Part shown: positions 18,404 through 29,082 of the stretch, in pieces
How the letters are laid out: the number at the start of each line of letters is the position of its first letter
Numbering within the stretch: the first letter of the stretch is position 1
Assembly: GCA_001275005.1 (NCBI GenBank)
Contig: JWZX01003356.1
Span: 1 to 48,837 of the forward strand
DNA length: 48,837 nt
From: Chrysochromulina tobinii
Taxonomy: Eukaryota
Reading direction: 5' to 3'
The notes under the pieces: model-generated
Told to the model about the DNA's origin: nothing
The model's input: only the letters and a program-made list of their open reading frames with translations
Database searches by the model: none
Program-made: the position numbers and the translations under genes

Positions 18404-20572
18404 TCACGGCGCCGCCTCGACGGCGTGTTTGTAAGACTGCACCTGTGCTTGCAAGGTCGCGAGCGCCGCCTGGCGCTCGATGAGGAGGGCCTCGAGTGAC
18501 GCCACATAGTCCACCAAGCTCTCCGCACGCCCCGTCGCGGCCTCGGTCGCGTCGAGAGAAGCTCCTTCCATGAGCTTCTCGTTTGCCTCGGCTTGCGAGA
18601 GCATCCACGTATGCACCTCGAGCTGCTCGACGCACTGCGTGATGAACTCCCGGTGCGCGCCGAAGATGGCCGCCCCCGCCTCCCGCGCCGACACGGCATT
18701 GCGCACGCAATTCTCCTTGTCGGTGAGTCCCTCGTGCTCGGCCCGACCTTCCATTGTGCCCCATGCCACCTTTGCCTTCGGCGCGCGCAGCGAGGAAGGC
18801 GGCGCGGGGGGCTCAGCCGTCGACTCGGCGCACGAGGGAGGCGCGGGCAGGCTGCCCAGCCCTGGGAGCAAGAGGCCAAACGGTAGCACCCCCCCTAGGC
18901 CCGGCCGCTCCTTTTTGTCAGCTGGCGGCTCCAAAGACGGAGGGAGCGCGGCAGGGGGAGCGGCGATGGCATACGAGTCCACCTTGACCGGCGACGTGAG
19001 CAGAGGCGAGCTGAACGAAGTGGGCGACGGAGCCCTGGCCTGCGGGTGTTCCGGCGCCTCCTCTGCTACTGGCGGCGGCGGCGGCGGTGGTGGCGGCGGC
19101 GGTGCCTGCGCACTCTTGGCAGCAGCGGCGGCGGGAGTGATGGACAGTCGGCGGTTGGATGGCTTTGGCGCGGGCGCTGCCGTGACGGGCGCTGACGCCT
19201 GACGCGAGAGCCGCGGTGTCGGCGCAGGCAGCCCGCTCCTTTCGTTTCTCTCGACAACGACGGGCAATTCGCGCAACGGAGCGACGGGAGCCGGCGCGAC
19301 GAAAGCGGACGCCGGGGGAACTATTGCAGTGGCGGCGGCGGGCGCAGAATTGCCCTTGGAACTGGAAGAGAAGTCGCGCACGCGGTCAGCGTAGCGCAAC
19401 GTATTCAGCGTCTGCTCGACCGAGTCGATGCACGGCGACACGGCGCCGATCATCACCGTATGGCAATCACCAATAAAGGAGTCGCGCAGCACCTCGGTGA
19501 GCTTCGAGCCTCGGAATGGGATGTGCGTTTGGCCCTTGTCGAGTCCGCGGATGCACTCCTTGAGTGCGAGCAGGCTCTTGTTGATCTCGGCGCCCTCGAG
19601 CCGCCGGTCCTTGTTCTCGCAGTTGAGCGTATCCGCGCCGCGCTCGGTGCCCGCCAGGTCGATGAAAGCGAATCGGCCCACCTCTTCGGGCCCTCCAGGA
19701 GCTGCCGGCTCGGCGCGCGTGACTCCCGCGCGCGGCGTGCGCAGCGGCATCTCGGGGATGGGTGCCTCCTTGGGAGGGCGCTTGATGGTGAGCTGGAGCA
19801 CTGCGTGCGAGCGGCTCGAGTCCGCGTTTGCCAGCGTTTCGGCCGTGCGCCGCGCCTCAGAGGCCTTGAGCAGCAGTGTGTTAAAGGCGTCGAGCGAGGG
19901 TACCGCCGACTCAGAGAGGCCGACGATGTGCATCTTCTTCTTCCCATCCTCGCGGATGGGCAGCGATTTGCCCAGCTCCTCTCCCTTTGCGAACAGATCA
20001 AATATCTTGCCTCCATAGATCTCGAAGGAGGACACGTTCAGCGTTAGGCCCTTGTGCTGCGGCAACGCCAGCATCGAGAAGATGTCCGCTGCGGCCAGCA
20101 GGTACATCCCCGGTTCAGTCTCGGAGCCCATCATAGTGAAGGTCTTGCCCGAACCGGTCGCGCCGTACGCGAAACACGTGGACGACTGGCCCTTGGCGAA
20201 GATGCGGCTGATCAGTGGTGCAGCCGTCTCAGCGTACACGAGTGCGTTCGAGCTCTGCTCGTCGAATACGCAGTCGTACAGGAAGTGATGCACGTCGGTA
20301 TAGGCTGTCATATCCACTTTGACCTTTGGCTCATGGACGGCGAGGCAAGCAGGCGAGCCCGCTGGCGTCGGAACGACCTGGAGAATGCCTGGGCCCTGCT
20401 CCGAAGATGAGAGTGGGCGCTTGCGCACAACAACCTTTATCCGCGACTCGCTGTCGGTGGTACGCGGCTTCTTTACCGGCACCACCGCCGACTGTGATGT
20501 GCGCGGCGAGGGCAGCGGAAGCGTGCCATCACTAACGGACTTGCGCAGGTCTCGCGGCCGTGACTTCTCCAT
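18404..20572 (-). CDS. Kinesin-13 family microtubule depolymerase
   Basis: IKVVVRKRPL, HEPKVKVDMT (KVD finger), CFAYGATGSGKTFTM, SSRSHA, DLAGTERG, EGAEINKSLLALKECIR (KEC), HIPFRGSKLT, TLNTLRYADRV; Pro-rich tail and C-terminal coiled coil. Start taken at MEKSR (20572); the ORF is open to 20767. Confidence 0.93.
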   Translation of the reverse strand: MEKSRPRDLRKSVSDGTLPLPSPRTSQSAVVPVKKPRTTDSESRIKVVVRKRPLSSSEQGPGILQVVPTPAGSPACLAVHEPKVKVDMTAYTDVHHFLYDCVFDEQSSNALVYAETAAPLISRIFAKGQSSTCFAYGATGSGKTFTMMGSETEPGMYLLAAADIFSMLALPQHKGLTLNVSSFEIYGGKIFDLFAKGEELGKSLPIREDGKKKMHIVGLSESAVPSLDAFNTLLLKASEARRTAETLANADSSRSHAVLQLTIKRPPKEAPIPEMPLRTPRAGVTRAEPAAPGGPEEVGRFAFIDLAGTERGADTLNCENKDRRLEGAEINKSLLALKECIRGLDKGQTHIPFRGSKLTEVLRDSFIGDCHTVMIGAVSPCIDSVEQTLNTLRYADRVRDFSSSSKGNSAPAAATAIVPPASAFVAPAPVAPLRELPVVVERNERSGLPAPTPRLSRQASAPVTAAPAPKPSNRRLSITPAAAAAKSAQAPPPPPPPPPPPVAEEAPEHPQARAPSPTSFSSPLLTSPVKVDSYAIAAPPAALPPSLEPPADKKERPGLGGVLPFGLLLPGLGSLPAPPSCAESTAEPPAPPSSLRAPKAKVAWGTMEGRAEHEGLTDKENCVRNAVSAREAGAAIFGAHREFITQCVEQLEVHTWMLSQAEANEKLMEGASLDATEAATGRAESLVDYVASLEALLIERQAALATLQAQVQSYKHAVEAAP

Positions 20573-21025
20573 GCTTGCCCCAACTTGAATTCCGACTGTG
20601 GAAATGCACCGCGCCTCCCAGCTCGGATAGTCCCACGAATAATGAAGTCTCCGTCTTTCGAATCGACTCCAATACATAAAGTCGTGTATTTTAGCAGTTC
20701 CGCTCTCTCCACGGAACTCGAGCCACACGGGTGTGACCCGACACTCGCTCCGAACGGAGGCTCCCACAGCTCACACAGACATACATGCCATGACGAAACT
20801 TTCCAAAGAACTCTATGAACAACGTGGAGAGGATGCACGCGGCACCCGCACACAGTGTGCAAAACGCAGCGAGCAACAGTATGTGGCTCGCGCGAGTGCG
20901 GGCATGTGCCCACAGTGTGCAATCGCCCGCAGCGAGCGATCCGGCTCGTGCTTATGCGGGCTCATGTGCCCACTCAAACGCCCCATGGGGCGTGCGCGTG
21001 CTCGGGAAGCATGTCGAGAGCCTGC

Positions 21026-23278
21026 TCAAAGAGCGAGGAACGACGCATGATTCGCGTCGCCCATCACTTCGTCTTGCGACGGCGTGGCACCCACATCAGG
21101 ATCCCACTCCCCAGCACCAGCGCTACTCACGCAAGTGAAGAGCGGCGGCAGGGCGCATTTCGTGTCTACTCGCGCCTCGTCCATGCCGCCGGCACCGCTG
21201 CCGATGCGCCGAAACGTCTCCCTAGCGTCGGCGTCGCGCCCCTTGCCATGGACGGCGCCGCGTGCGCCACCTATCCCCCCGCCGTGGCTCATCTCGCAGT
21301 CGTCGCTTCCAGGGCTCGCATGCCGTTCGCTGGGCGAGCCGCCAGTGCCGCCGTCGCGCGTGCTGGACGCATCGTCGCTATCGTGGTTGCTCCCTGAGTC
21401 CACCGCGCTGCCGGTGCCCGTGAGTTGACACCTGCCCGAGCCGCCGTCCCGGGCGCCGTCCCGGGCGCCGTCCCGGGCTGTGGAGGACCCCACGCGCGGC
21501 CCATACACTCCGCGGCGTAGGCTGTCAGGGGGGCTGGAAGGCACGTTGTCGGCACCGCGGCCGCCGCCGCCGTCGACGACGCTCCCGGGCCCCGAGCCCG
21601 AGCGCGACGAGCCCGGGAGGGAAGAGCCAATCTTGCTCAGGCTGCTCTCGGTAGGGCTCTCCGAGGGGGCGCGTGTCGTCAAGGGCGTCGAACCGTCGTG
21701 CCATGGCTTGCCAGAGCGCATCGAGCCACGCGACGAGCCGTGCGACGAGCCGTGCGACGAGCCGTTGAACGAGCCCTCCGACGACAGCTGCGTCAGCGTT
21801 TCCTCAGGAACAGACGACGCGTCAGGCTCCTGCTGCTGCTGCCGCAGGAGCGCCTGCTCTTGCTGCTCCATCTCAAAGGCAATCTCTTCGAGAATCTGGT
21901 TCTCGTGGTCGGAGAGCAATCGCTCAGCGGACACATTTGCCGCGAGCCCGACGCTGACCTCGCCGCCGCGGAGCACCTGGCTGAGCAAGTAGTTGCGAGG
22001 CAATGGGTCGGCGGCGAGGGCGGGCACCATTGTGGGCGCCATGGTGGGCGCCACGCCCAACGCGCCGCCGACGCCTACAGGGACCCCCTCGGCGAACACA
22101 TGGCCATCGAGGACGCGAGACTCGAGCATGTAGCACACGACGCGCTGCTGCGAGTCGCGAAGCGGGCTGGCCTGGATCGCGTGCTTGAAGGCGCCCCGAC
22201 CGAGGACCGCCGAGACTATCTCGACTGTGCTCGCCTCCGCCGCGGCGCCACTGCTGCTGTCTCTGCCACCGCTCAGCGCGTGTCTGAGATGGGAGAGGTC
22301 TGCGGGCTGGGCACTGAAGGACTCGATGGTCGCGTCGCCCGAGTGCAGCGAGTCGAGCGTCTGCCCAAAGGCACGCATCCAGCTCAGGCTCGCGCTGATC
22401 AGCCCATGCGGTGCATGCGCCCAGACGAGCACGCGCAGCGCTGTCCCGGGCAGGAGCGGCGACTCAGCCGGAGGCCAACAGGCGCCTTCGGAGGTTGTGG
22501 CGGCAGCACCCACGGCCGTGGGAGACCAGCCTAGCTGCAGCAACCGCGAGGTGAGCGCGAGCGCCGGCCCACGCAACCCGCTGGTCAGACCGGCGCTCAG
22601 GCCGCCGCCGAGCCCGCCGCCGAGCCCGCCGCCGATGCCAGCAGCGAGGCCGCCCAAGCATAGACCGCCGCCCAGGCTGCCTCCGAGCCCAGCGGAGAGT
22701 AGGGGTAGCGCGCCTCCAACCTCGAAGCGAAAGGGGTTCAGCAAGTCCGAGCCGCCGTCGTCACCGCCGCTATCCTCGCTCCCGCCGCCGCCTCCGTGGC
22801 TGCGCTTGCCGATCATGCTGCCAGCACCTCGCGCACAGCTGCCACCAGCAGTGGAGCGTGGCACAAACGAGGACGGGGGCGGCGGTTTGGCGCGGGCCGC
22901 CGAAGGCTCGCTACTGCCGCCAAGGCCTGGCATGGTCGCCGCTGCCGGCGCGCCTGCCGTGCCACTGCCTGGCTTCGGCACCACGCCGCCCAGCCGGCGC
23001 TCTCGCGCGCGCCGGTTTTGGAACCACGTCTGAACCTGGCGCGGGTGTACCTTGAGCTTGGCGGCGAGCTGCTTACGCATCTCCGTCGAGGGGAAGGGCT
23101 CCATTGCATACACCTGATTGAGTAGTGACAGCACAGTGGGGTCGATCTGCCAGCGTGCCGTCTTGTCCTTCTCATCATCGTCGTCGTCGATCACGGTGAG
23201 CGAGCCGAGCTCGGCTGTCCGCCGCTCATCATCGGCTAGCCACTGCTCGTCCTCGCCTTCATCGTCGTCCGCCTGCAT
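21026..23278 (-). CDS. Homeodomain transcription factor with a probable degenerate PAS-like domain
   Basis: Homeodomain ~23170-22991 (RWQI..LLNQVYAMEPFPSTEMRKQLAAKLKVHPRQVQTWFQNRRARERR). PAS-like segment ~22440-22110. The Gly/Ser-rich C-terminus may hide introns. Confidence 0.85.
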   Translation of the reverse strand: MQADDDEGEDEQWLADDERRTAELGSLTVIDDDDDEKDKTARWQIDPTVLSLLNQVYAMEPFPSTEMRKQLAAKLKVHPRQVQTWFQNRRARERRLGGVVPKPGSGTAGAPAAATMPGLGGSSEPSAARAKPPPPSSFVPRSTAGGSCARGAGSMIGKRSHGGGGGSEDSGGDDGGSDLLNPFRFEVGGALPLLSAGLGGSLGGGLCLGGLAAGIGGGLGGGLGGGLSAGLTSGLRGPALALTSRLLQLGWSPTAVGAAATTSEGACWPPAESPLLPGTALRVLVWAHAPHGLISASLSWMRAFGQTLDSLHSGDATIESFSAQPADLSHLRHALSGGRDSSSGAAAEASTVEIVSAVLGRGAFKHAIQASPLRDSQQRVVCYMLESRVLDGHVFAEGVPVGVGGALGVAPTMAPTMVPALAADPLPRNYLLSQVLRGGEVSVGLAANVSAERLLSDHENQILEEIAFEMEQQEQALLRQQQQEPDASSVPEETLTQLSSEGSFNGSSHGSSHGSSRGSMRSGKPWHDGSTPLTTRAPSESPTESSLSKIGSSLPGSSRSGSGPGSVVDGGGGRGADNVPSSPPDSLRRGVYGPRVGSSTARDGARDGARDGGSGRCQLTGTGSAVDSGSNHDSDDASSTRDGGTGGSPSERHASPGSDDCEMSHGGGIGGARGAVHGKGRDADARETFRRIGSGAGGMDEARVDTKCALPPLFTCVSSAGAGEWDPDVGATPSQDEVMGDANHASFLAL

Positions 23279-23803
23279 CTTTACGCGGCTGCTCAATGCA
23301 GTTTAGGGCCCTGCAGCAGCGCAAAGGGTCGAAAAGCGAGGCGTGAGGAGAGATGCAGTGAAGTATCGCAACCATGCACGCGTACGTGCAGCCACACGTG
23401 CTGGCGAGCCTGTGCCGCCCTGCGCGCGCGCGCGGTCAGGCAGCCACGCCTCCCTTGGCCGACCAGCCGGCAATGTCCTCACCTTCAGTAGTATCCTGCA
23501 CCCTCGTGGTGCTTTCCGCGAATCAAACGATTCTCGTTTTCTTCTCGCCGCTTCGCCCTCGCTTTCAGTTTCGTCGCGGCGTGTGCCTGCGCTCTGGAAC
23601 TTTGGGTAAAAAACTTGAAAAAGCGAATGTGAGACTCCGCATGCAGACATACGATTTCCGCGGGGAGAGAGCCGTGACTGGGACCACAAAGAAAATCATA
23701 CCCCTCACGTTTCCGGCGCCCCGTGCGGTGGTGGGCCTTTGACCGCCCTGCTCCCCGTGCGCGGGAACCGTCAGAGCAGCTACAGCTTCGCGTGTAAGCA
23801 CAG

Positions 23804-26101
23804 TCAGCCGATGCGGCGGCGCTCCGCGAGGACGGCCACGCAAAGCGCCGCCGCGCCGAGCACGGGCACCGCCCACTTGGGCAGCCCACGGAAGTCGCGC
23901 AGCTTGGCCAGCGGGTCGAACCGGCGGCCCCCGTCGACGTTGGTGCGCGCGCCGAGGCTGGGCGCGAGCGCGGAGGTGACGATCGTCTTCTGGAGAAAGG
24001 ACCACGCGAGCGTGGACATGAAGGCGCGCTGCTTATTATCAGCAGCCCCTCCATGCCCTCCCTCGATGTTCTCGTAGGCGAGCCCAGGCAGCCGAAGGTC
24101 CACCATTTTGCCCACCATCTTGCGCGCGTGCCCGGGGTGCACGCGGTCGTCACGCGTCGAGGTCGTGAACAGCGTGGGTGGCGCGCGTGCGCCCGCACGC
24201 AGCGTGTGGTACGGCGAGTACTTTTGCAGGTACGCCCACTCCTCCGGCACGTCGGGGTTGCCGTACTCGCCCATCCACGAGGCGCCGGCGAGCAGCTTAT
24301 TGTAGCGCTTCATGTCGAGCAGCGGCACCTGGCACACGATGGCGCCAAAGAGCTCGGGTGAGCGTACGAGCATGTTGCCCATCAGCAGCCCGCCATTCGA
24401 GCCGCCCTGGATCCCGAGCTTCTCCGGACGCGTCACTCCGCGCTGGATCAGGTCCTTGGCGACCGCCTCAAAGTCTTCGTACGCCTTGTTTCGCTTCTCC
24501 TTGAGGGCGGCCTGATGCCACGACGGCCCGTACTCGCCGCCGCCGCGGATGTTGGCCTGGCAGTACGCGTAGCCCTTCTCGAGCCACGCCTTGCCAACGG
24601 CTGCCTCATAGGAGGGGGTGAGCGAGATCTCAAAGCCGCCGTAGCCGTACAGCAGCGTGGGGGTGGACCCGTCGAGCTGCAAGGCTTTGGGGCGCACTAG
24701 GAAGTACGGTACCTCCGTGCCATCGGCGGAGACGGCCTTGAACTGCTCGACGGTGCACCCGGAGGCGTCGTACATCGTGGGCAGAGCCTTGAGCGGCTCC
24801 TGCTTCGCTGGCGCGTGGGCCGAGGCGAGGGAGTACGTGGTGGGCTGGATGTAGCTCGAGGAAGTCATCCAGATGTCATCGGATGAGTCCGCCTTGACCC
24901 CCGACGCCGAGATGGACGCGAAACCGTCGCCGCGGAAGCTCTGCGTGAGCGACCAGCGACCAAGAGCCGCGTCGTACTTCCAGAAGCGCAGCTCCGAGCG
25001 CACGTTGTCCAGGATCTGCAGGATGAGGTACGAGAAGGTTTCGCTAGTCCCCTCGAGCGAGCATGTCGCCGTCGGCTCGAAAAGGGGGAAGAGGAGCGCC
25101 TTGACGGCCGGATCGTCTGCGCCTGCCACCGAGAGCGCCAAGAACTTGGCCGCGGGCGCCGCGAGCAGCGAGCCCGCAGCGAACCCGTGCCACGCGCTGC
25201 GCAGCGTGATGAGCGCCTGGTCAGCAAAGGTGCCGAGTTGCGAGTCTGCTGGCACCTTGACGGGGGCGAAGGTGCCCTCGCGCCCGATCTTGACTTCGTA
25301 GCAGTTGGTATAGAAGGTGATCGCCCGCATCCGGATCTCGTACGTGTGCCCGCGATCGAGGTAAAAGTATCCATGCACGGCCACGTCAGAGCTCAAGCCC
25401 TCGTACACCTGCACCGCGCTCGAGAGGGCGGTGCCCCGTTTCCATTCACGCACGGTGCGAGGATACCCCGAGTCCGTGAGCGCGTCCTTGCCGAAAAAGG
25501 AGCCGCCGACGAGCAGGGTGTCGCGGTCCTTGTAGCCGAGCGAAGACTTGGCCTCGGGCAGCACGAAACCGCCCTCGCTCGCGGGCACGAAGCGCTTCTT
25601 GAGAAGGTCGAACTCGCGCGCCTCCTTGGCATCCGAGCCGCCGCGCGACAGCTTGATGATGGCACGATCGGTCGGTACGCCGGGACCTTCATCAAGCGGC
25701 GTGGAGCCGCCCCACACCCATGTGACGCCCTCCTCCTTCCCAAGTGCATCCAGATCCAGCACCGTCTCCCACTTCGGCGAGGGTTGGCGGTACTCATCGA
25801 GAGTGCAACGCCGCCAGATGCCCTTCACGTGCACGTGATCCTGCCAGTAGTTGTAGTAGTGCGATTCGCCCTCCGGCGTCTTAAAGACGCGCCCAATGTA
25901 TGGAATCTTCTCCTTGGACTCCAGGATCGAGAGGATATGGCTGTACACAGGTTGGTGCACAGGGTCCCCGAGGAGCTCTAGCGCCTCGGCATTCTTCGCC
26001 TTGACCCATTCGAGCGCTTGCTTGCCCTCGACGTTCTCGAGCCACGTGCGCGCGTCATGGAGATTCTCGACGGTCGGCGACTCGGGCGGACCAAGCAACA
26101 T
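23804..26101 (-). CDS. Prolyl oligopeptidase (S9A) with C-terminal hydrophobic tail
   Basis: WLENVEG..ALEWV, beta-propeller region, PTLLYGYGGFEISL, ANIRGGGEYG, catalytic GGSNGG, DDRVHP and EGGHGG. First ATG at 26101; the ORF is open to 26155, so an upstream exon is possible. Confidence 0.92.
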   Translation of the reverse strand: MLLGPPESPTVENLHDARTWLENVEGKQALEWVKAKNAEALELLGDPVHQPVYSHILSILESKEKIPYIGRVFKTPEGESHYYNYWQDHVHVKGIWRRCTLDEYRQPSPKWETVLDLDALGKEEGVTWVWGGSTPLDEGPGVPTDRAIIKLSRGGSDAKEAREFDLLKKRFVPASEGGFVLPEAKSSLGYKDRDTLLVGGSFFGKDALTDSGYPRTVREWKRGTALSSAVQVYEGLSSDVAVHGYFYLDRGHTYEIRMRAITFYTNCYEVKIGREGTFAPVKVPADSQLGTFADQALITLRSAWHGFAAGSLLAAPAAKFLALSVAGADDPAVKALLFPLFEPTATCSLEGTSETFSYLILQILDNVRSELRFWKYDAALGRWSLTQSFRGDGFASISASGVKADSSDDIWMTSSSYIQPTTYSLASAHAPAKQEPLKALPTMYDASGCTVEQFKAVSADGTEVPYFLVRPKALQLDGSTPTLLYGYGGFEISLTPSYEAAVGKAWLEKGYAYCQANIRGGGEYGPSWHQAALKEKRNKAYEDFEAVAKDLIQRGVTRPEKLGIQGGSNGGLLMGNMLVRSPELFGAIVCQVPLLDMKRYNKLLAGASWMGEYGNPDVPEEWAYLQKYSPYHTLRAGARAPPTLFTTSTRDDRVHPGHARKMVGKMVDLRLPGLAYENIEGGHGGAADNKQRAFMSTLAWSFLQKTIVTSALAPSLGARTNVDGGRRFDPLAKLRDFRGLPKWAVPVLGAAALCVAVLAERRRIG

Positions 26102-26523
26102 TGCTCGCAGCACTGTCGCAGGGTCGCCGCCTTCCGAGCACCTGCACCGGGCCACCTGCGCCTAGCACCTGTGTCGTGTGAAAACTCGTGTGAACGTTAT
26201 CAGGAGAATGCACACACCTTATATTGTCCCCTTACAATTGTATGAGACGCGGTGCATGCGTGTGTCGCGTGTGGGGACACGTGCTGACTGACTGTAGTTG
26301 GATACTTGGATTCTGACAGGGTGAGTGACGAGCCCTTGGAAAGTGTCATCAGAAATCACGCAGACGCTTTCCACTTTTGTGGATACTTGTAGCCAATCAG
26401 ACGTCAGCTCGGCGCTCTTCGCCGCGCGGCTATCGAGTTCCTTTTTTGGGTCGACGTTTCTGATTTAGCGATGATTTCCAATCATCCTTGCATCACGCCG
26501 TCGGGCGTCGGAACCACCGATCC

Positions 26524-28409
26524 ATGCTGTTGCTCGTTCCGCTGCTTCTCACCCCGGTCGCCGCCGTCGGCAGCGAAAAACGCACGCTGCTCGGCGCGCA
26601 CGCCGAATACCGTACCGAGGTGGCGCCACTGGCGGCGCGGATCGTCGCCGCGGCCGGCGCCGCCGCCCCGCGCCGAGGCATCCGCCCCCGCGTGCTGCTC
26701 GAGGGCGCCCCCGCCGCGCCACGCACCAGCGCCGCCGTGCGCGACGTCGCCGTCGCCGTCGAGGGCGCCGTCGCCGGCGATGCGCTGGGCCTCTTCTGCG
26801 CGCGCGCCGGCTCCGCGTCGACGGAGAGCTGGGCGTCGCCCAGCCGCCCGCTGTTGCTGGACTACGTCCCGCTGTTTGGCGCGGCGGCCGTGGGCGGCGC
26901 GCGTGTCGAGGCGGCACCCGGCGCCAACGCCACCGTCACGGTCACAGCGCGCCTGCCTCACGCGCGCTGCGCGCTCGAGTGGCGCGTGATCGCCGCAGAC
27001 GCGACGCTGTCTGCACCCGTGGTGCAGGCCAGTGCCTTCAATGCCACGTTCCCTTACCACGCGCGGCTCGCGTTCGGCCCCCACGCGCAGTCCGAGATGT
27101 GGCTGTCGTGGAGCGTCGACACCAATGCCACGGGTGCGGGCGGCGTGCCACGCGTGCGCGTGGGCGTCACTCCCGGCGTCTACACACGCGAGGTGGTCGC
27201 GAGCCAGCCCATGACGTCCTACGCCGCGTCTGACATGTGCGGCAAGCACGCAAACGAGACAGACATCGCCAAGTACCTGTTTCCGGGCTATTTTGCGAAT
27301 GTGCTCATCACGGGACTGGCGCCAGGCACGCGGTACTACGCCACGTACGGCTCTCTCGACGGCGGCTTCGCGACCGAAACCACTTTTACGACAGCCAAGG
27401 CAGTGGGCCCCGACGTGCCCGTGCGCCTTGCCGCGTTTGGCGACATGGCGCTGTCGCTGTGGGACGGCGCCATGGGCAACGTGGCGGAGGTGGTCCGGCT
27501 ACACGACGCGACGGCCGACGGCGGCTTGGATGCGGTGCTGCACTTTGGTGATCTTGGATACGCTGAGGGCAGCACGGTCATCTGGGAGATGTGGCGCAGC
27601 TACATCGAGCCCGCGACTCGAAAGATCCCCGTACATGGTCTCGCAGGGCAACCACGAGGTGGACCACGCCAGCCAGCCCTGCTTCCACGGACCCCGTGGG
27701 GCTCGACAGTCTCGGACCCGACGGCACGTCGTTTCACCAGAATGGCGAATGGGGCGAAGACTCAGACGGAGAAGGCGGCGTGGCGACGTGGGCGCGCTTC
27801 CGCTCGCCCGGCGTTGGCGTGCCCGGCGGCACGGCGCCCCGCGGCAACAGCATCTACTGGTACAGCTGGGACATGGGATCGGTACACGTGGTCATGCTGG
27901 ACTCTGAGCACAACATGACCAAGGGCTCGCCGCAGTGGAAGTGGGTCGCGGCGGACCTCGCGGCGGTGGACCGCACCATGACGCCGCACGTTGTCGTCAC
28001 GCAGCACCGGCCGCTCTTCACCACCGAGGCGGGCTCGCAGTACGACGTGGCGGAGCTGATGCGCGCAGACCTGGAGCCGCTGTTTCACGCGCACGGCGTC
28101 GTGGCCGTGCTGGGCGGCCATATCCACCTCATACGAGCGCGCGTGCCCGCTCGTGGGCCCCTGCCCGCGGCGTACAAATGCGAGGAGGGAGGGCCCGTCG
28201 AGGGCATCACGTACATCACCGTGGGCACGGCGGGCGCGACGGTGCACAACGAGACGATGCTGCCCGGCACGTCGGGCGTGCTCAAGGGCTGGCGCGTCGA
28301 GTGGGGGCTGGGGATTCTGACCGCTGTCAACCGCAGCGCGCTGCGGTGGGACTTTTATAGCATCGCCGAGGCCAAGGTGGTCGACTCCGCGTGGCTGCGG
28401 CTGCTGTGA
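26524..28409 (+). CDS. Secreted purple acid phosphatase family metallophosphoesterase (apparent frameshifts)
   Basis: Signal peptide MLLLVPLLLTPVAAVG; FN3-like LITGLAPGTRYYATYG; metal motifs FGDMA, GDLGY, GNHE, QHRPL and GHIH. Frame switch at ~27630 (IP-YMVSQGNHE) and a compensating pair at ~28127/~28160 (canonical HSYERACP is in the other frame). Confidence 0.88.
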
Positions 28410-28510
28410 GTGTGAACGAGGCCAAGGTGGTCGACTTGGCGTGGCTTCGGCTGCTGTGAGTGTAAACGAGGCCAAGGCGGTCGTCTCGGCGTGGCTGCGG
28501 CTGCTGTGAG
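28368..28510 (+). repeat. Tandem triplication of a 50-bp unit spanning the phosphatase stop codon
   Basis: gaggccaagg(t/c)ggtcg...gcgtggct(g/t)cggctgctgtgagt at 28368, 28418 and 28468. Confidence 0.9.
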
Positions 28511-28751
28511 TTCGATTTCACAGCCGTAGCCGTCGCTACCGTGGCGCAGTTCTTTGTGACATGATGAGGCCGAGGGACCATATTGGTAGTCTCACGCTAC
28601 TGCCGGGTGGCCCGCGGGGGGGAGCATTTTCCCGGGCCGCAGAAGAACCGCGCAGCGTTGCCTTTTGCCAGTGGTTGCCTTGCCAGTGGTGACACGACTC
28701 AGGAGTGGATGAGGTAGCGGCTTAGTTGGCGCCATCTCAGGGGGTTCAGCG

Positions 28752-28924
28752 CAGGGGGGGTGTTTGGAGCCACACGCTGCGGGCCGAGTGTCTCCGTGTT
28801 GCCTCGCGCGTCGTGGCCCCCCCGCCGGACGACAAGCCCACTACACCTCCCCTTGCATGGGCGAAGACTGTGCGCGGGCATATGTGAAAAATCAGGCGGT
28901 ACGCACGGCAAAAACACCCCCCTG
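28752..28924. mobile_element. Possible MITE (non-autonomous DNA element)
   Basis: Inverted ends CAGGGGGGGTGTTT ... AAACACCCCCCTG around ~150 bp of non-coding DNA; TSD ambiguous; only one copy in the window. Confidence 0.25.
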
Positions 28925-29082
28925 GCGCGAGTGCCGCGTCCGCGGGTCCGGTCCGGTCGGGTGCGCGGTGGTCGGCCGCCCGCGTAAGTAAGCTATCGAA
29001 GTAAAGTAACGCACACACGCCTATGGCCTAAGGAAGCGCATACACCAAGCGAAGCAGCGTGGCGGTCTGATGTCCCAATCAT

